Source: Sphaerodactylus townsendi (lineage: Eukaryota). From it: 64,000 nt of DNA. The notes under the pieces were generated by a model. The model was not told the origin of the DNA, ran no database searches, and worked only from the letters and a program-made list of their open reading frames with translations. The stretch is from positions 22,506,001 to 22,570,000 of the forward strand of contig NC_059440.1 of assembly GCF_021028975.2 (NCBI RefSeq), written 5' to 3'. The position numbers and the translations under genes are program-made. Positions 36,051-49,900 of the stretch are shown piece by piece (the first letter of the stretch is position 1; every line of letters starts with the position of its first letter).

Positions 36051-39000
36051 GTAGGGCACAGGTGTCAAACTCGCGGCCCTCCAGATGTTATGGACTACAG
36101 TTCCCATGATGGGAGCTGTAGTCCATAACATCTGGAGGGCCGCGAGTTTGACATCTATGCTGTAGGGGCAAGAGATAAACACAGATGGTTGGCCATTGTC
36201 TTTCTCTGCATAAGAGCCCTGAACTTCCTTGTCTCCCATCCAGGGGCTGACCCTGCTTATGCGATCTGACAAGATGCGGGGTAGCCTGGACCATCCATTC
36301 CCTATGAAAATACTGCATTTGCTGTTGAAAATACAGCATTTGCTCTTTTGTGGGCTTCTGACTGTTCTCATATATACGGTCAGGCATCTAGACAATCCGG
36401 GTGCTTCCTTAAAACCACCCTTGGGGTTCAAGCTTGTCATATAGAGGGCACTTTAGCAATGTATGTTCTAGTGCAATGGTGGCGAACCTGTGGGCACTCT
36501 CTGTGGGCACGCACAGAGTGTCCCCCCACCCCCGCACAAATCTAGGCTGGCCTGGGCCAGTGGGCTCGATTATTAGCACTAAACCTAAGATCTAGTTTCG
36601 GGGAAGCAGTGTAGGGAACCCTGTTAAGCGCTGTTACACTCCACTGATTTTCATGTGAAGAACTAAAGCGCGATCCTTTACTTGGGAGTAAGCTCGGTTG
36701 CTGGCAATGGGGGGGCTTGTTTCTGAGTAAACCCTCCTAGGATCATGATTCACCCATTGGAAGAGTTGCACTGTTGCTTCAAAGCAAAGCCACCGACTAC
36801 CACCAAGCTTACTCCCGAGTACCGCATACCTCGGAGCCAACCATTTTTTCTAAACTAAAACCTCAGTATTCAGGTTAAATTGCCGCATTGGCACTTTGCA
36901 ATAAATAAGTGGGTTTTGAGTTGCAATTTGGGCACTCAGTCTCGAAAAGGTTCGCCATCGCTGTTCTAGAGAATCAGCTTCTTCCAGGGAGTAGTCACTG
37001 AGCCTCTGTTCATAGGGGATTTTCTTAAATCTACCCTCTAAAACAGCAGATGGCAGGGTGGCCTCTCTGACGCTTGTCTTTTTCTAAAATAGAATGTGCA
37101 AGGAATAAATGCATAAAGTGGTAGTGTCTATTGATGCCATGGTTGAAAGCAGATTTGGCACATTGCATTATGGAAGAAGGTGGTGGTAATCCTGATTGAA
37201 GGGAAACTTGTGTTTGTTTCCAGCAGGAGAGTTAATTGCAGGGAAGGGAAGGCTGTGAGTACAAAGTCTGTAGGGTTCAAGTGCTTAGTAAGTGGCCAGT
37301 CAGTACTGACTCGTCATAATGTTGTTTGCCTTTCATGCGAATGCCCCTTTTCTCCTGTTGTACGGAACAAGCTCACCTTCAGTTTATTTTCCTTCTAGCA
37401 ACTGTTTGTTTCGGGCTCTCGGGGACCAGCTTGAAGGACACTCCCGGAACCACCTCAAATACCGCCAGGAAACAGTGGACTACATGATAAAGCAACGGGA
37501 AGACTTTGAGCCTTTTGTGGAAGATGACGTTCCCTTTGAGAAGCACGGTGGGTGCACCACGAGGATTCTCCCTGGAGGGCAGATAATATTTGGAAGGTGG
37601 GAACTTAGGAAACCAGAGGCCCAGTGAGGTTTTTAATTGATGTCACTCGTTCCCTTCCCCTTAGTAACATCCAAAGCAGTTTACTTTGTTCTTTTGTCCC
37701 CATTTTATTCTCACAACAACCCTACAATGTAGATTAGGCCCAGAGTCACCCAGCAGCCTTCCATGGTGGAGTGAGGCTTTGAACAGAGGTCTCAAAAATT
37801 CTAGGCTGACACACTTAACCACAACACCATGCTTCTTGTTATTGGACATATCTGTAACTTGTACACAAATATAAGATAATCTCTTCTTTTTATTGATGGT
37901 GTATCTTGGAAGAAACCCTAATCCTGCATTTGAGTAAATACTGTAACGATTTTCCCTTTCTTTCTTCGCACTGTCCTCATGCTGGGGCTGTTGTTCTGTC
38001 TAGCTTCTGTTGTTTTGTTTGGGCAGAATCATTTCCACGTTTATCCCTCTCTTTTTACATTGTTTAATATGTTCCTTTTCTTCTGGCCTCTTCCAGTTTC
38101 CAATTTGGCACAGCCTGGCACTTTTGCGGGCAATGATGCTATTGTAGCCTTTGCAAGGAACAATCAAGTGAACGTTGTTATCCACCAACTGAATGCCCGT
38201 TTGTGGCAGGTAAGTCTCAAGCTGAGTAGCCCGGTAGCTTTTAATTCTTCAGAGAATCCCAATTGAAGTTGCTGGGTACATCCCCTTTCATCATGTGTCA
38301 TTCTGCCTTTCACAGATTCGAGGAACAGACAAAAGCAACGCCCAAGAGCTTCACATTGCCTACCGGTACGGAGAGCACTACGACAGTGTTCGTAAAATCA
38401 ATGATAACTCAGAGACTCCTGCCCGGTTGCAGACAGAGGTTGGTTCTGCTAAACTGGGTCCTTGGGAACTTTGCTGGAGCATTAGATGCTGGACACGTAG
38501 GGTTGGCTCCACTTTCTGATTGGTGGGAAATAGTATGAGGCACATGTAAAGAAGGGAATGGGGTTGCCCTTTTTAGCGGCAACCTCATGGTCAGCATAGT
38601 GTCTGGCTCCCCCTCAGGAGTCTTAACAGAGCTGTTGACTTGCTCTTGTGTGGTTCCAGATGCTATGCAAAAATGAATCAAATAAAAAAGAAAACCTCCA
38701 ACTCAAGAAGGCGGAGGAGGAATCTGAAGAGGAGATACAAGATGAAATCGAGGATGCGGTGCAGAAAGTCCGGAACGCAACTGGCTGTTTGGTGAGCATT
38801 TAGGATCTCTTTGGTTGGGAATTGTGTTCAGTGGGTGGAGGTCTCCTGTGTGGAATCAGTCCACCCCTTTTGGGTACTAATTTTACCAAACTATCTCAAC
38901 CCCCCAATGTGCAGATCTGGCCCCCCAATTTTTTCCCCAGTTAAAAATGGCTTTTGGAGGTTGGGTTTGTACCATGTAGTTGCAGAAAATGAGATGCTGT

Positions 39001-42000
39001 TCGATCTCTCTGGGCATAAAACGGACTTGCTGATGTGCTTTTCCCCAGGAATGCTGAGAATGGCTATTTTGTGAGTGCGGAGACCTCTGGAGTTCCCTCA
39101 TGGAACTTCAGGGGTCATCTTTCCTTGAGCCCAGCCCCATGATGGTCTTCTATTTCAGGCCACCTCTGCTGAGTTATTGTAGCAGGCCAGCTCCAGATAA
39201 CTCAGTCCCTAATTCAGATCTGAAAGTCAGTGTGGTGGGGCGGCTACGGTGCCAGACTAGGATCTGGGAAACGTAGGTTCGAATCCCCATTCTGTCGCGG
39301 AAGCTTGCTGGGTCACCTTGGGTCAGTCCCAGTCTCATACCTGGCAAGTATTTGGACAAGAGCCCTCCAGTGAATACAGGGGCATGACATGGAGGCAGGC
39401 AACAGCAAATCATCTTTGAATGTCTCTTGCCTTGAAAACTCTGCCAGGTCACCATAAGTTAGCTGTGACTTTGATGATGGAAAAAAAAATCAAATCTAGC
39501 TTCAGGCTTGGATCTTACCATGTGGGCTTAGCTCTCAGCCCCAGTTTTGCATTTGAAATAGGCAGGCAAGGATACCTCCCTTACATGATTACAGATTGCT
39601 ACGATAGTGTTGTTAAAATGTTTTGAACCATCTTCAGGAGTTGAATGTAGGCAGCATAGAACGCTCATACATACCTCTAATCCATCCCACATATATTTTC
39701 CCCTCCTTCCTTTTTTAATTTTATTGAAATTTTATATTCAGACTGGTTCCATACGCACCCATACAAAACTTTATATTTTATCCGAACTATACATTTTCCC
39801 CCTTTCCACCCCCCCCCCCAGGAGTTCATTCTTCATTTCTTAAGTAAGCAGCAGCAGGTCCATCCTTTGTAGCCTCTTCACCCATCTTTCTTCTGTGACT
39901 CCAACGTCTCATATCCAGTCCACAAAGCCAGTCCATATCTTCATCATATCAGTCTGTCTGTCTTGCCAAATTTGATTTCTAGACATTATTTCAAAAATTT
40001 CTAACTGTACTTGTTCCCAAACGTATTCTAACCATTTCTGTATTGTCCATATTTTCTTATCTTTCCATCCAAAAGCAATAACTGCATGTGCAGCTCTTAT
40101 CATTATTTTATACAATAATCTTTGTCTTTCCTCTTTTCCCCTCTTTCCTTATAGGATTCTGACCTAATTGTCCAGGTCCTTCAGTCAGAGAACTATAGCA
40201 TCGAATCTGCCATATTTGCCATTCTTCAAATGAATGAAGTGCAACGGCTGCGTAAGTACCCAGTGTGCCTTTAATTCGCTCATTCTGCCTGCTGTTTGTC
40301 TTTTCATCGGCCCTTCCTCCATTATCTATCTTAACTGGGTATTTCTGGGTTCTGCCTTTCCCCTCCTCAGGGCCCCGCTCCTGATTGCGGCCGTGATCTA
40401 ACTTGCGTGTTCTTTTGTTGATATCACAGTCGCACCAGCAGTGACACCCAGCCTTCTGGTTCTGAACCCATCCTGCTTTTCCTTTCAGATGATGAGGAAG
40501 CCCATGAGTCTCAGGCAAACCAGCAGAAGTCGCCTCCCCAGTCAACCCTATGGAAGGAGAACGGAAGCGGTGCCCGAATTTTTGGAACTCAGGGCATAGC
40601 AAACAAGGCCCCCACAAGCCTTGCAGAAGAAAACCAAAGCAGTAAAAAGCAGGCTCCCAAGGTATCCAAGAGGGGCAGGTCGTTAAGGGGGTCTTGGGAA
40701 TTGCCAATACTCCAAGAAGGAGAGGGAATCAGTCTGGATGACTCCTGAGTCTCTCCAATGTAGCATGTCCTTGGCAGAAATTCTTGATTCTTTTGTTGGC
40801 ATGCTGTCCATTGCTTCTTCAGCCGAGTTCTTGCTCACCTTCTTGTCCTGATGCTCAGGTTTCCATGACTGGTTTGGCTTGCTTTGTTCATTCTTCCCAC
40901 AGTTCCAGTCTTATTGAGATTTGCCTCTTCCTGCTGCTTAAGCTCCAGTTCATGTATATGGTTGGCATCCCCTTTTGCCACGCTCTGGTTCTCCTTACTC
41001 TAGTCCCCCATTCTGCTGCTAGAATTATTTGTCCTCTTCCCAGCCCTGTTTATGTCCAGTCTTGTGCTTCATCTCCTCTGTTTGTGTTTCTCATATCCTT
41101 GATTCCCTCTGCCATTAAGACAGACAGTCTTTGTTCATGGATTTAAGCAAAGTAGGAAAGTTTGTTGACCGAGTGAGTGACTCCAAATCCCAGGAGGAGG
41201 AGCTTCATCAATCCCTCTGCTTTTGGGACAAACCAGTTTCACATCTTGTGCAGTTTCAGTGGAGGGTGGGGGGATGTGATTCTTCAGCAGCCATGTCATA
41301 GGGGCAGTAGGCCCCCCAAATTCTTGAGTCATTGCTATCCAGAAAGTGCTCTAAGCTTGCATTGCTGGCTAGCAAAACACCATGTTTCCCCAGCAAGTGT
41401 TAAGGCAATTTCGGGAGGGTCCTTCCTCTATCTTTAGTGATGTTAATGTCTACCATAGCTTCGGGGTCCCTTTGTGATCCAGTAAGTCACCGAAGTCTGG
41501 TGCCTCTACTCTTTGACTCAAAAGTGTTAAAACACATAAAGCTGTATTAGTCATGCTGTTGGTATCGCTACATCAGTATTGTCCACTCCAACGGGCAACT
41601 GTTCTCCATGGTCTCAGGTGAAGGTCTTTCACCAGATTCCTTATCCTTGTAACTGGAGGGGCTGGGAATTGAACTGGGGACTCTTCCACTGAGCCATGGC
41701 CCTCCCCCACCCCAGCCAGATTAATCGGCCGGACCTTTGTTGTTTCCCACCTTGATTATGCAGCCTTAGAGCACCCCTTGCCCCAACTCTTAAGAACATA
41801 AGAAGAACATAAGAACTAGCCTGCTGGATCAGACCAGAGTCCATCTAGTCCAGCTCTCTGCTACTCGCAGTGGCCCACCAGGTGCCTTTGGGAGCTCACA
41901 TGTAGGATGTGAAAGCAATGGCCTTCTGCGGCTGTTGCTCCCGAGCACCTGGACTGTTAAGGCATTTGCAATCTCAGATCAAAGAGGATCAAGATTGGTA

Positions 42001-43270
42001 GCCATAAATTGACTTCTCCTCCATAAATCTGTCCAAGCCCCTTTTAAAGCTATCCAGGTTAGTGGCCATCACCACCTCCTGTGGCAGCATATTCCAAACA
42101 CCAATCACACGTTGCGTGAAGAAGTGTTTCCTTTTATTAGTTCTAATTCTTCCCCCCAGCATTTTCAATGAATGCCCCCTGGTTCTAGTATTGTGAGAAA
42201 GAGAGAAAAATTTATCTCTGTCAACATTTTCTACCCCATGCATAATTTTATAGACTTCAATCATATCCCCCCTCAGACGTCTCCTCTCCAAACTAAAGAG
42301 CCCCAAATGCTGCAGCCTCTCCTCATAGGGAAGGTGCTCCAGTCCCTCAATCATCCTCGTTGCCCTTCTCTGCACTTTTTCTATCTCTTCAATATCCTTT
42401 TTGAGATGTGGTGACCAGAACTGAACACAGTACTCCAAGTGTGGTCGCACCACGGCTTTTTTCCAACATCCTTGTCCCAAGATCTGTTGCCTGCACTGGA
42501 TCAGATCCAACTGTTCTTGTACAAAGACTGTACTATCTGAGACTTTTAAGGAAGCAGCAACTGGATGGAAAACTCCTGGTGTCCTTTTACCGCTGTGCTA
42601 TAGAGAGTGTCCTAACCTACTGCATCTGTGTATGGTTCTCCAGTTGCACAGTGGCGAATAGGAAGGCGCTCCAAAGGGTGATCACCACTGCACAGAGGAT
42701 TATCGGCTGCCCTCTCCCCTCCTTGGAAGAAATCTATAATGCCCGAAGCCTAAATAAAGCCCAAAATATTCTGAGGGACCCGTCTCATCCAGCACACTCT
42801 CTTTTCAAACTGCTACCATCTGGCAGACGATACAGGGCCCTCAGAACTAGGACAAAGAGGCTTAGAGACAGCTTCTACTCTAGAGCTGTGGCTATGCTAA
42901 ACTCCGCTGCTTCATATTGATGTATTTGGGGCTGTGTAGGGATGGGTGGAGGATGATGATGTATGAGTCTGAAATTGTGTGCATCGAGGAATGCTGCTGT
43001 AAATTTCGTTGTGCGTTCACAATGACAATAAAATGCTTATGCTTATGCTTATGTTCCTGTTGCTGCCTCCCCTGAATTTTTCCCTTTTGACAGGTGTCCA
43101 ACAAGCAAAAGAAGGAGCAGCAGCGGCAGGAGAAAAAACGCCGTCAGGAAGACCGGCACCGGCAAAAAGTCCTGGCCAGCAAGAGCAACAACGTGGACAA
43201 TAACAAGAGCAGGGCCGACTCTGAGACCCAGGTCACCCTGGTGAAGACCGTAGCTGCTCTGAACATCTGA
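35790..43270 (+). CDS. OTUD3: OTU deubiquitinase 3, 388 aa; exons 35790-35992, 37399-37547, 38097-38209, 38316-38438, 38660-38791, 40155-40251, 40489-40661, 43094-43270
   Basis: Starts MSRKQA. OTU catalytic motifs VPGDGNCLFRAL and [11 protein letters not shown]-like segment [13 protein letters not shown]-terminus [13 protein letters not shown]. All introns GT-AG with consistent phases (1167 nt). Confidence 0.98.
36057..36159. mobile_element. 103-bp palindromic hAT MITE in OTUD3 intron 1
   Basis: Near-perfect palindrome with perfect TSD CTGTAGGG. Confidence 0.9.
36474..36963. mobile_element. Non-autonomous hAT element (CAGTGATGGCGAACC-type TIR)
   Basis: CAATGGTGGCGAACC...GGTTCGCCATCGCTG; TSD TTCTAGTG/TTCTAGAG. 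Confidence 0.8.
39225..39490 (+). mobile_element. SINE with tRNA head and Sauria-SINE/BovB-type tail
   Basis: B box GGTTCGAATCC; tail tctcttgccttgaaaac...ccataagt...gtgactt. Confidence 0.65.
39710..40110 (-). mobile_element. L1-clade LINE 3' end
   Basis: Encodes [23 protein letters not shown]...[11 protein letters not shown], resembling an L1/Tx1 ORF2 C-terminus; AATAAA plus A-tail at ~39711-39725 on the minus strand. Confidence 0.72.
41791..42453 (-). mobile_element. Young CR1-clade LINE, 5'-truncated, in OTUD3 intron 7
   Basis: Uninterrupted ORF2 C-terminus [36 protein letters not shown]...FKRGLDRFM; (TTCTTATG)-type tail. Confidence 0.93.
42521..43052 (+). mobile_element. Rex1/Babar LINE 3' fragment
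   Basis: Open frame [11 protein letters not shown]...[19 protein letters not shown]...[23 protein letters not shown]...[15 protein letters not shown]; AATAAA plus (ATGCTT)n tail; TSD-like TGTTC(T/C)TGT. Confidence 0.88.
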
Positions 43271-45912
43271 TTGAAAGGACTTTCTGGGAACCGGCAGGGA
43301 AGACGGAACTGAAATGCCTGAGCTCGGCAAAGCAAACCACCCTCTTAAGAGCAAATATTTCACTTCTGGTTTGGTTTCTAAGCTGTGGTGGTTGCTGTCT
43401 GATTCAGATGAAGCGGATCGTTGACCTTGCTTGAGAATGGCAATAAAGGACAGGTGGGGGAGCAGTTGCTGCCACTGGAGGGTGAACCGCTGGGCCCTAT
43501 AAGCAAAATCCCCTTGTGGGTTCTCTGGCTGCAAACCTCATGCAGCTTTCCCCATAGTTGCTTCCAGTTTTTTTTAAAAATGTACATTAATTTAAAGAAG
43601 TCTTCATGAGCATGTTAAGTGTCCCTAACTCAGGAATGTGCCCTCCCTTTCAGCAAAGCAAATAGAAAACTCTTCCCAGGTTCTATTCCAAAGCAAAACT
43701 CTGCCAAAGGTTGTACTGGAAACAAGTCTGTCAAGATGCTTCTTTTATTCTGTTTAGTTGTTTAACTCCAGGCAGAGCTTGTGGAATTGATGCTGACTTG
43801 TGAGGGGAGGGGGGGCAGGGAAGCAGAGCAGCTACTTCACTATAAAACAGGAGAAGGTATCCTGCCTATACTTGGTGGTGTGGCACGTCTGTGCCACAGA
43901 ACAAGAAGGGGAGAACGGCTGCTCCCTGTCTTAGCAGGTGGGATTAATTAAAAAGAGATGCAGTGAGAGGGATGCTAGCAGTGATAAGAGGTGATCCGTG
44001 GTCTAGCCTGATCACATGGCACTCTTAGGAACGCATACAGGAGAAGCAGACCAATTCCCAGAAGCGTTAGTCCTCATGACATCTTGGACCTGTCCAGTTT
44101 GTGCAATAAGAGCAGTGTCTTGTAAAACGGACAGGAGTGGCTAAATAATATAGCCCCTGGGGGCCTTCTGAAGTGCAGCCAACTTAACTGAGAAAGGCTG
44201 ATGTTGGAAAGGGGGGAGGAAAATCCCCCTCCTTCCATAGTTAGTAGAACTTGACAGAAACGAGGCATGGGATCTTAAATGCCTACCCAAGCAGGCTTTC
44301 CTTTGCAACATTAAACATTTCTTTTTACTTTTGAGTGTTACAGACACAAGTTCAAAGATAATGGGAACTCAAGTCCTTCCTATTTGTCAAATCTATGTTC
44401 TGACAGTAATCATGACAGCAGACTTTCCAGTTGTACTAGTTTCTGGTTTTTGTGCCTGGGTTTCCTTAACAGGGTTATTTTATTGCTGGGAACGAAAGTT
44501 CCAGCAGTAATCAGGTCATGTTAGATGAACGCCTAGGGCAGGCAGCAGCAAAGTGTTTCTTTTTTGGAGTAGGGGGGAGGGCGGGCAGAGGGGTGTGCTT
44601 TAGAGTTGCCTTATTGAATGGGTCTAGTGTGCCTTTAGCAGTGGACGTGGAGGGAGAATGCTGACTTGCAGTTTTTCCCTTTTGCTGTACTGCAGTGAGG
44701 GGAAAATGCGGCACGCTTCTCTTGGCATAGCTTGGGATCAGGAGTTAATTCTGCAGATCTCTGTTAACAAAAATGTAGATTCTATTTAACAGAAGTGCCA
44801 TTCGGAATAAATGGAAGCCCAGGCCATGCGCCCAACGGAATGCAATTTTAGTTTCTAGCTCTTTGATGGAAACCTTTGGTGGAAGTGATGTCACTTGCAC
44901 TTCCTACCATCTGAACTGTTCGAAAGTGAAGTCCCGAAGAAGTTTAGCGAATGATTCATTCCTCCCTTGTGCTCCCAACTGAGGCTGTGGCTTGGCTTGA
45001 GGTCCCCAGATAGTTCTACCACTCTGAGAACTGAGCCTGTTGCTCAGCCTTCTCAGTAATTTGAAAAAAGCAGTCATTGATTATTGACTTAGGAAGGGGT
45101 AAGTAGCACAATTCTAGGTTTATGGCAGTTTGTTGCACAGACATAAGATGCACTGATTGAAGGGATAATAGTGCCATGTTTTTGTGGTTATCTCAATAAA
45201 CTTGTCCTCATTGAGGCTCACGTCTAACTGAACCCACCAAAGGTCTTGTCTTGGTCCTTCAAGTGTCTCTTTCCTCTGCAAAGCCTTCCTTGGTGGTCTC
45301 CAATCCAAGTGCTGACCCTACTTAGCTTCTGATAGCAATCATTGCTATAAGATTCTTCACCCATCCTGGAATGTAGATTAGGAACACAAGAGATGACACT
45401 CCCAATTCCAGCAGACCCTGAGAACCATCTTTGTGGGGCACATTTAAGTTGTGGTTGACTGGCGTGTTAACAGGCTTCATGAGTCAAATGAGGGAATATA
45501 TCCCTCCTCAATGAAAAGGTATGTTTATTTTTCACTGGAGCAAGAAAGAATACCAGCTTCATTCACTCCCTGTTGTCTAAATAAATATTTGCTCCTTTTT
45601 CTCAGCACGGGTAGCATTCATATATCACAGTCAATTTTCATATCACTCCCTTGAATGTTAATGCCCACTTTGGACACAGTTCACCAAGAAGCTCCCCTGT
45701 TCTAAGTGATTGCTGTGAGCACTGGTGCTTGCTTGCTTTGAATACCAATGCTGGAGGCGAGGCAATTGCAGATGGAAAGTTCAGACCCTGTGCCCTGATT
45801 CTATGCCTTTGGACAGCATCTTTTGGAGGCCTGAATAAGCTTGTACACATCCCTTTAAAATGAAGAGAATCAGTAGCAAGTTTGATGATCCCATGCCTTT
45901 TGATTGAAGAAT

Positions 45913-46188
45913 AGTTGGATTTATATCCCCCATTTCTCTCCCGTAAGGAGACTCAAGAGGGGTTTGCAAACTCCTTTCCCTTTCCCCCCTCCCAACAAAC
46001 ACCCTGTGAGGTAGGTGGGGCTGAGAGAGCTCCAAAGAACCAAGGTCACCCAGCTGGCATGTGTTGGAGTGCACAAGCTAATCTAGTTCAAAAGATAAGT
46101 CTCCACAGCTCAAGTGACAGAGCAGGGAATCAAACCGGGTTCTCCCGATTAGAGTGCACCTGCTCTTAACCACTACACCTGCTGGCTC
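45913..46188 (-). mobile_element. tRNA-derived SINE (Squam3-like)
   Basis: Reverse complement of the family at 29993. Confidence 0.8.
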
Positions 46189-46912
46189 TCGTTGAGCAGT
46201 GGAACACAACCACCTACTGGCAAGGTCCCCCTTAATCAGAAAAGCTAGGTTGGTATCCTTGTCCTGATTTCAATGAATCCCAGATAACAGTACAGATACC
46301 AGAATCAAGATTTTCTGTACTGTCGTTCGTAAACCTAATAGTGGTTCCAACAGTGGTACAAAATGCCTATAGATATGTGGTAAAATAAGAAAATTTGATA
46401 GCCTGATGATTGGATTGGTCTCTGGGTAGCTGCTGGACTAAAATCTAATTGTCGTACTACCCCAGGCATGCTAGATTGGGAGAAAAAAGAGAGGGGGCGT
46501 TCTTGGTACATTGAAAATTTCTTTGAAAAGCACCACAGGTGATTTGACTCGTTAAAAAAAAATACTGCTTTCCACCTTAAGGGAAACTGACAATTCCAAT
46601 GACCACTTGAAATCTCTGAAAAACCCACATTGTTAAATTAACTGCAGTGTCTGACGAACTGAAGAGGTGGCAGTGTTTTTAGTATCTATTTCATCAAGCA
46701 CATGCAAACTGAATAACTGATTTCAATACCTTTGATCTTTTTCTTCTTTTTTAACCTATGCCATTAAAGGTTGTAAATTAAAAAAAATGAACTTTGGGGC
46801 TGGAGCCAGAACAGATAAAGATAGCGATAAACACGTTTTTAACAGCACTCTCTTCTGGAAGGAGGAAGCATCATTATTCCAGGCAGTTAAAGAGTTCATA
46901 GATTTGGGGATC

Positions 46913-49900
46913 TTAGCAAGGAGGTGTGGCCCCGCGGCAGAGGAGGTTTGGGTAATAGACTTTTGTTATGCGGTAGGTCTTGGCAGCTCTTTGGAAACAG
47001 AGGGCCGCTTCTTTATCACATTCGCAGATCATCCTATGGCACATCGTTTTCCCGCCTGCAAAATGAAAAAAGCCAAGAATCGAGGTACATGGCGTGCTTT
47101 TATTTGTTTGATTTTTATTTCACTTTTTTTCTCCCGGAAGCAAAAGATGCATCTTTGATCCCTTCCCTCATTTCATCCTCAAAATAACTCTTCTTCTTAC
47201 CTTGCATGTCATACAAGGTATAGTGGGCCCCAGGGGTTGTTCATCTCATTCCCTCCCTTGGGACAGCCGGAAGAATTGGAATGAGAGACAAAGAGCGGTG
47301 GTCACAGGGAGAACATAGTGCGGTCAGCTCTGACCTGGAAAATGCTTGGAGATTTGGGGGGGGGGGGAATGCCTGGGAAGGTAGATTTGGGGAGGGATTT
47401 CAACTTGAACCTATGGCATACCAAACTGCCCCCCAAAGCTGCTATTTTTGCCGGGGAAAGTATCTCTGTAGTCTGGAGATCAGTTGTAATTCGGAGCGGA
47501 CTTCAGGTGCAACCTAAAGATTCACAACTGTAAGGGGAAGGCCCATTGATGGTATCTCGGCCAAGGACACCCTCCCAAAGCCTAAAACTGACAACGATCA
47601 AGAAGAAGAAGAGTTTGGATCTATACCCCACCTTTCTCTCCTGTCAGGAGACTCAAGGTGTCTTACAAGCTCCTTTCCCTTCCTCTCCTCACAGCAGACA
47701 CCTTGTGAGGTCGGTGGGGCTGAGAAAGCTCCGAAGAACTGTGACTGGCCCAAGGTCACCCAGCAGGAATGTAGGAGTGCGGAAGCACACCTGGTTCACC
47801 AGGTAAGCTTCTGCCTCTCAGGTAGAGGAGTGTGGGATCAAACCCGGTTCTCCAGATTAGAATCCACCTGCTCTTAACCACTATACCACGCTGGCATTTG
47901 GAATATATCAAGACATCTGAAATATACTACAGTTCCTCCACTCCTTACCGCAAGATAATGCCCCTTTTGAGAAAAAGTAGGAATACGTTTCCAGTTTGGG
48001 GTCACAGCCAAGGGATGACATCTTTCCATAGCAACAGTCATGAGCATGGCAACACCTGTCAAACAGTCATGAGCATGGCAATCAGCGTTCTGTATGCTTG
48101 TATTCCAGAAGCAGATACGGATGACAAAAAAAGATGGGGCGACATGAGTACCAGTTCCCAAGACGTCTTGGGAAACATTTGTTTTTTAAATGGTATTATT
48201 TCACTCATGTGCTGAAAAATCTGCACTGAGTGCCCATCTGTTTGGTGCAGGAAGACGAAGATTGATTGTGTGTTCCTGCATTGCAGGGGGTTGTACTTGA
48301 AGGCCCTTGCGGTCTCTTCCAACTCTATGGTTCTATGATTCCTACCCACTTACCAGTCAGTTTCATCCAGAGGTTGCTTGGAGCCTCCCAATCCACAGTA
48401 ACATCCATACCCATTGTAAAACAGAGACGGAAGCCTGCCCGTCACCCGCCGGACCATGTCAGCAAACTGGACCAGGTTGCCATTTGCAAATGGGAGAGCT
48501 GCAAGCAAAGCATAAAAAGAGCCTTGCTGGATCAGACCAGTGGTCCATCTGGTCCAGCATCCTGTTTTAGAGAGTAGTCAACCAGGTTCCCTGAAGGCCC
48601 TATAGAAGCCAAACCGTTCCTATGATTTATTTATTTATTTATTAGATTTTAAACCGCCCACCCTCGAATGGGCTCTGGGCGGTGTACAACAGGCCAAGAA
48701 CAACATTACACACAACAGGCCAGAGCAACATTTCACACAGTAAAAATGAAGTTAAAACAATTTACAAACTCTATAAAACGCAGCAGCATTAATACAGTAC
48801 AATAAAGTACAACAATACAAAGAGTGCAACGCCCGATCCCAAGGCCGGGAGGGGACAGCAGTGCTAAGTAGATGCTATGTTGGGCGTGCCAATGATGGAA
48901 TAGCACGCAACACAAGGGCATCCTGGAGGGGGAATCCGCAGCCAGCCTCACCAAAGGCCTGGTGGAACAAAACTGTTTTGCAGACCCTGAGGAATTCACC
49001 AAGATCCCGCAGGGCCTGCACATCTGATGGAAGGGTGTTCCACCAAACAGGGGCCAGGGCCGTAAAAGCCCTGGCCCGGGTAGAGGCCAGCTGCATCATG
49101 GAGGGGCCAGGGACCACCAGTAAATTGGCCTCTGCCGATTGCAGAGGCCTACCCGGGACATACGGGGGGAGACGGTCGCGAAGGTATGAGGGTCCCAAGC
49201 CACGAAGGGCTTGTTGTCTGCTAGCTGTTTTCTTCCTATGAATTTGGAGGGTTCCTGTGGTCACTGATGCCTATTCCGGGAACTCCAGAACTGGAGACAG
49301 ACACCTGTCGTATTTGATACGACAGTTCCCCTTGGTAAATGGTAAAAGTTCTGGATGCCCTATGAGGAGAGACTTAGGGAGCTGGGTATGTTTAGTTTGG
49401 TGAAGAGAAGGTTAAGAGGTGACATGATAGTCATGTTTAAATATTTGAAAGGACGTCACATTCATGAGGAAGCAAGCTTGTTTTCTGCTGCTCCAGAGAC
49501 TAGGACCAGGAGTAATAGGTTCAATGTGAAGCAAAAGAGATTCCACCTAAACATCAGGAAAAACATCCTGACAGTAAGGGCTGTTCAACAATGGAATGCA
49601 CTACCTCGGAGTGTGGTGGAGTCTCCTTCTTTGGAGGTTTTTAAAAAGAGACTGGATGGCCAACTGTCAGAGTGCTTTGATTGTGGGTCCCTGCATTGCA
49701 GGGGGTTGGACTTGATGGTCTTTGGGGTCTCTTCCAACTCTTTGATTCTATTATTCTTTCGCTGGATCATGCTCCTGAGTGCAATCTTAACAGGAGCCTC
49801 CTGCCCCTTGACATTTATGGAAAGAGCAGAGCAAACTGTGACATCTATTCAATGTGCACAATTGATATTTTATTTATTTATTAAGGACATCTTTAACTCG

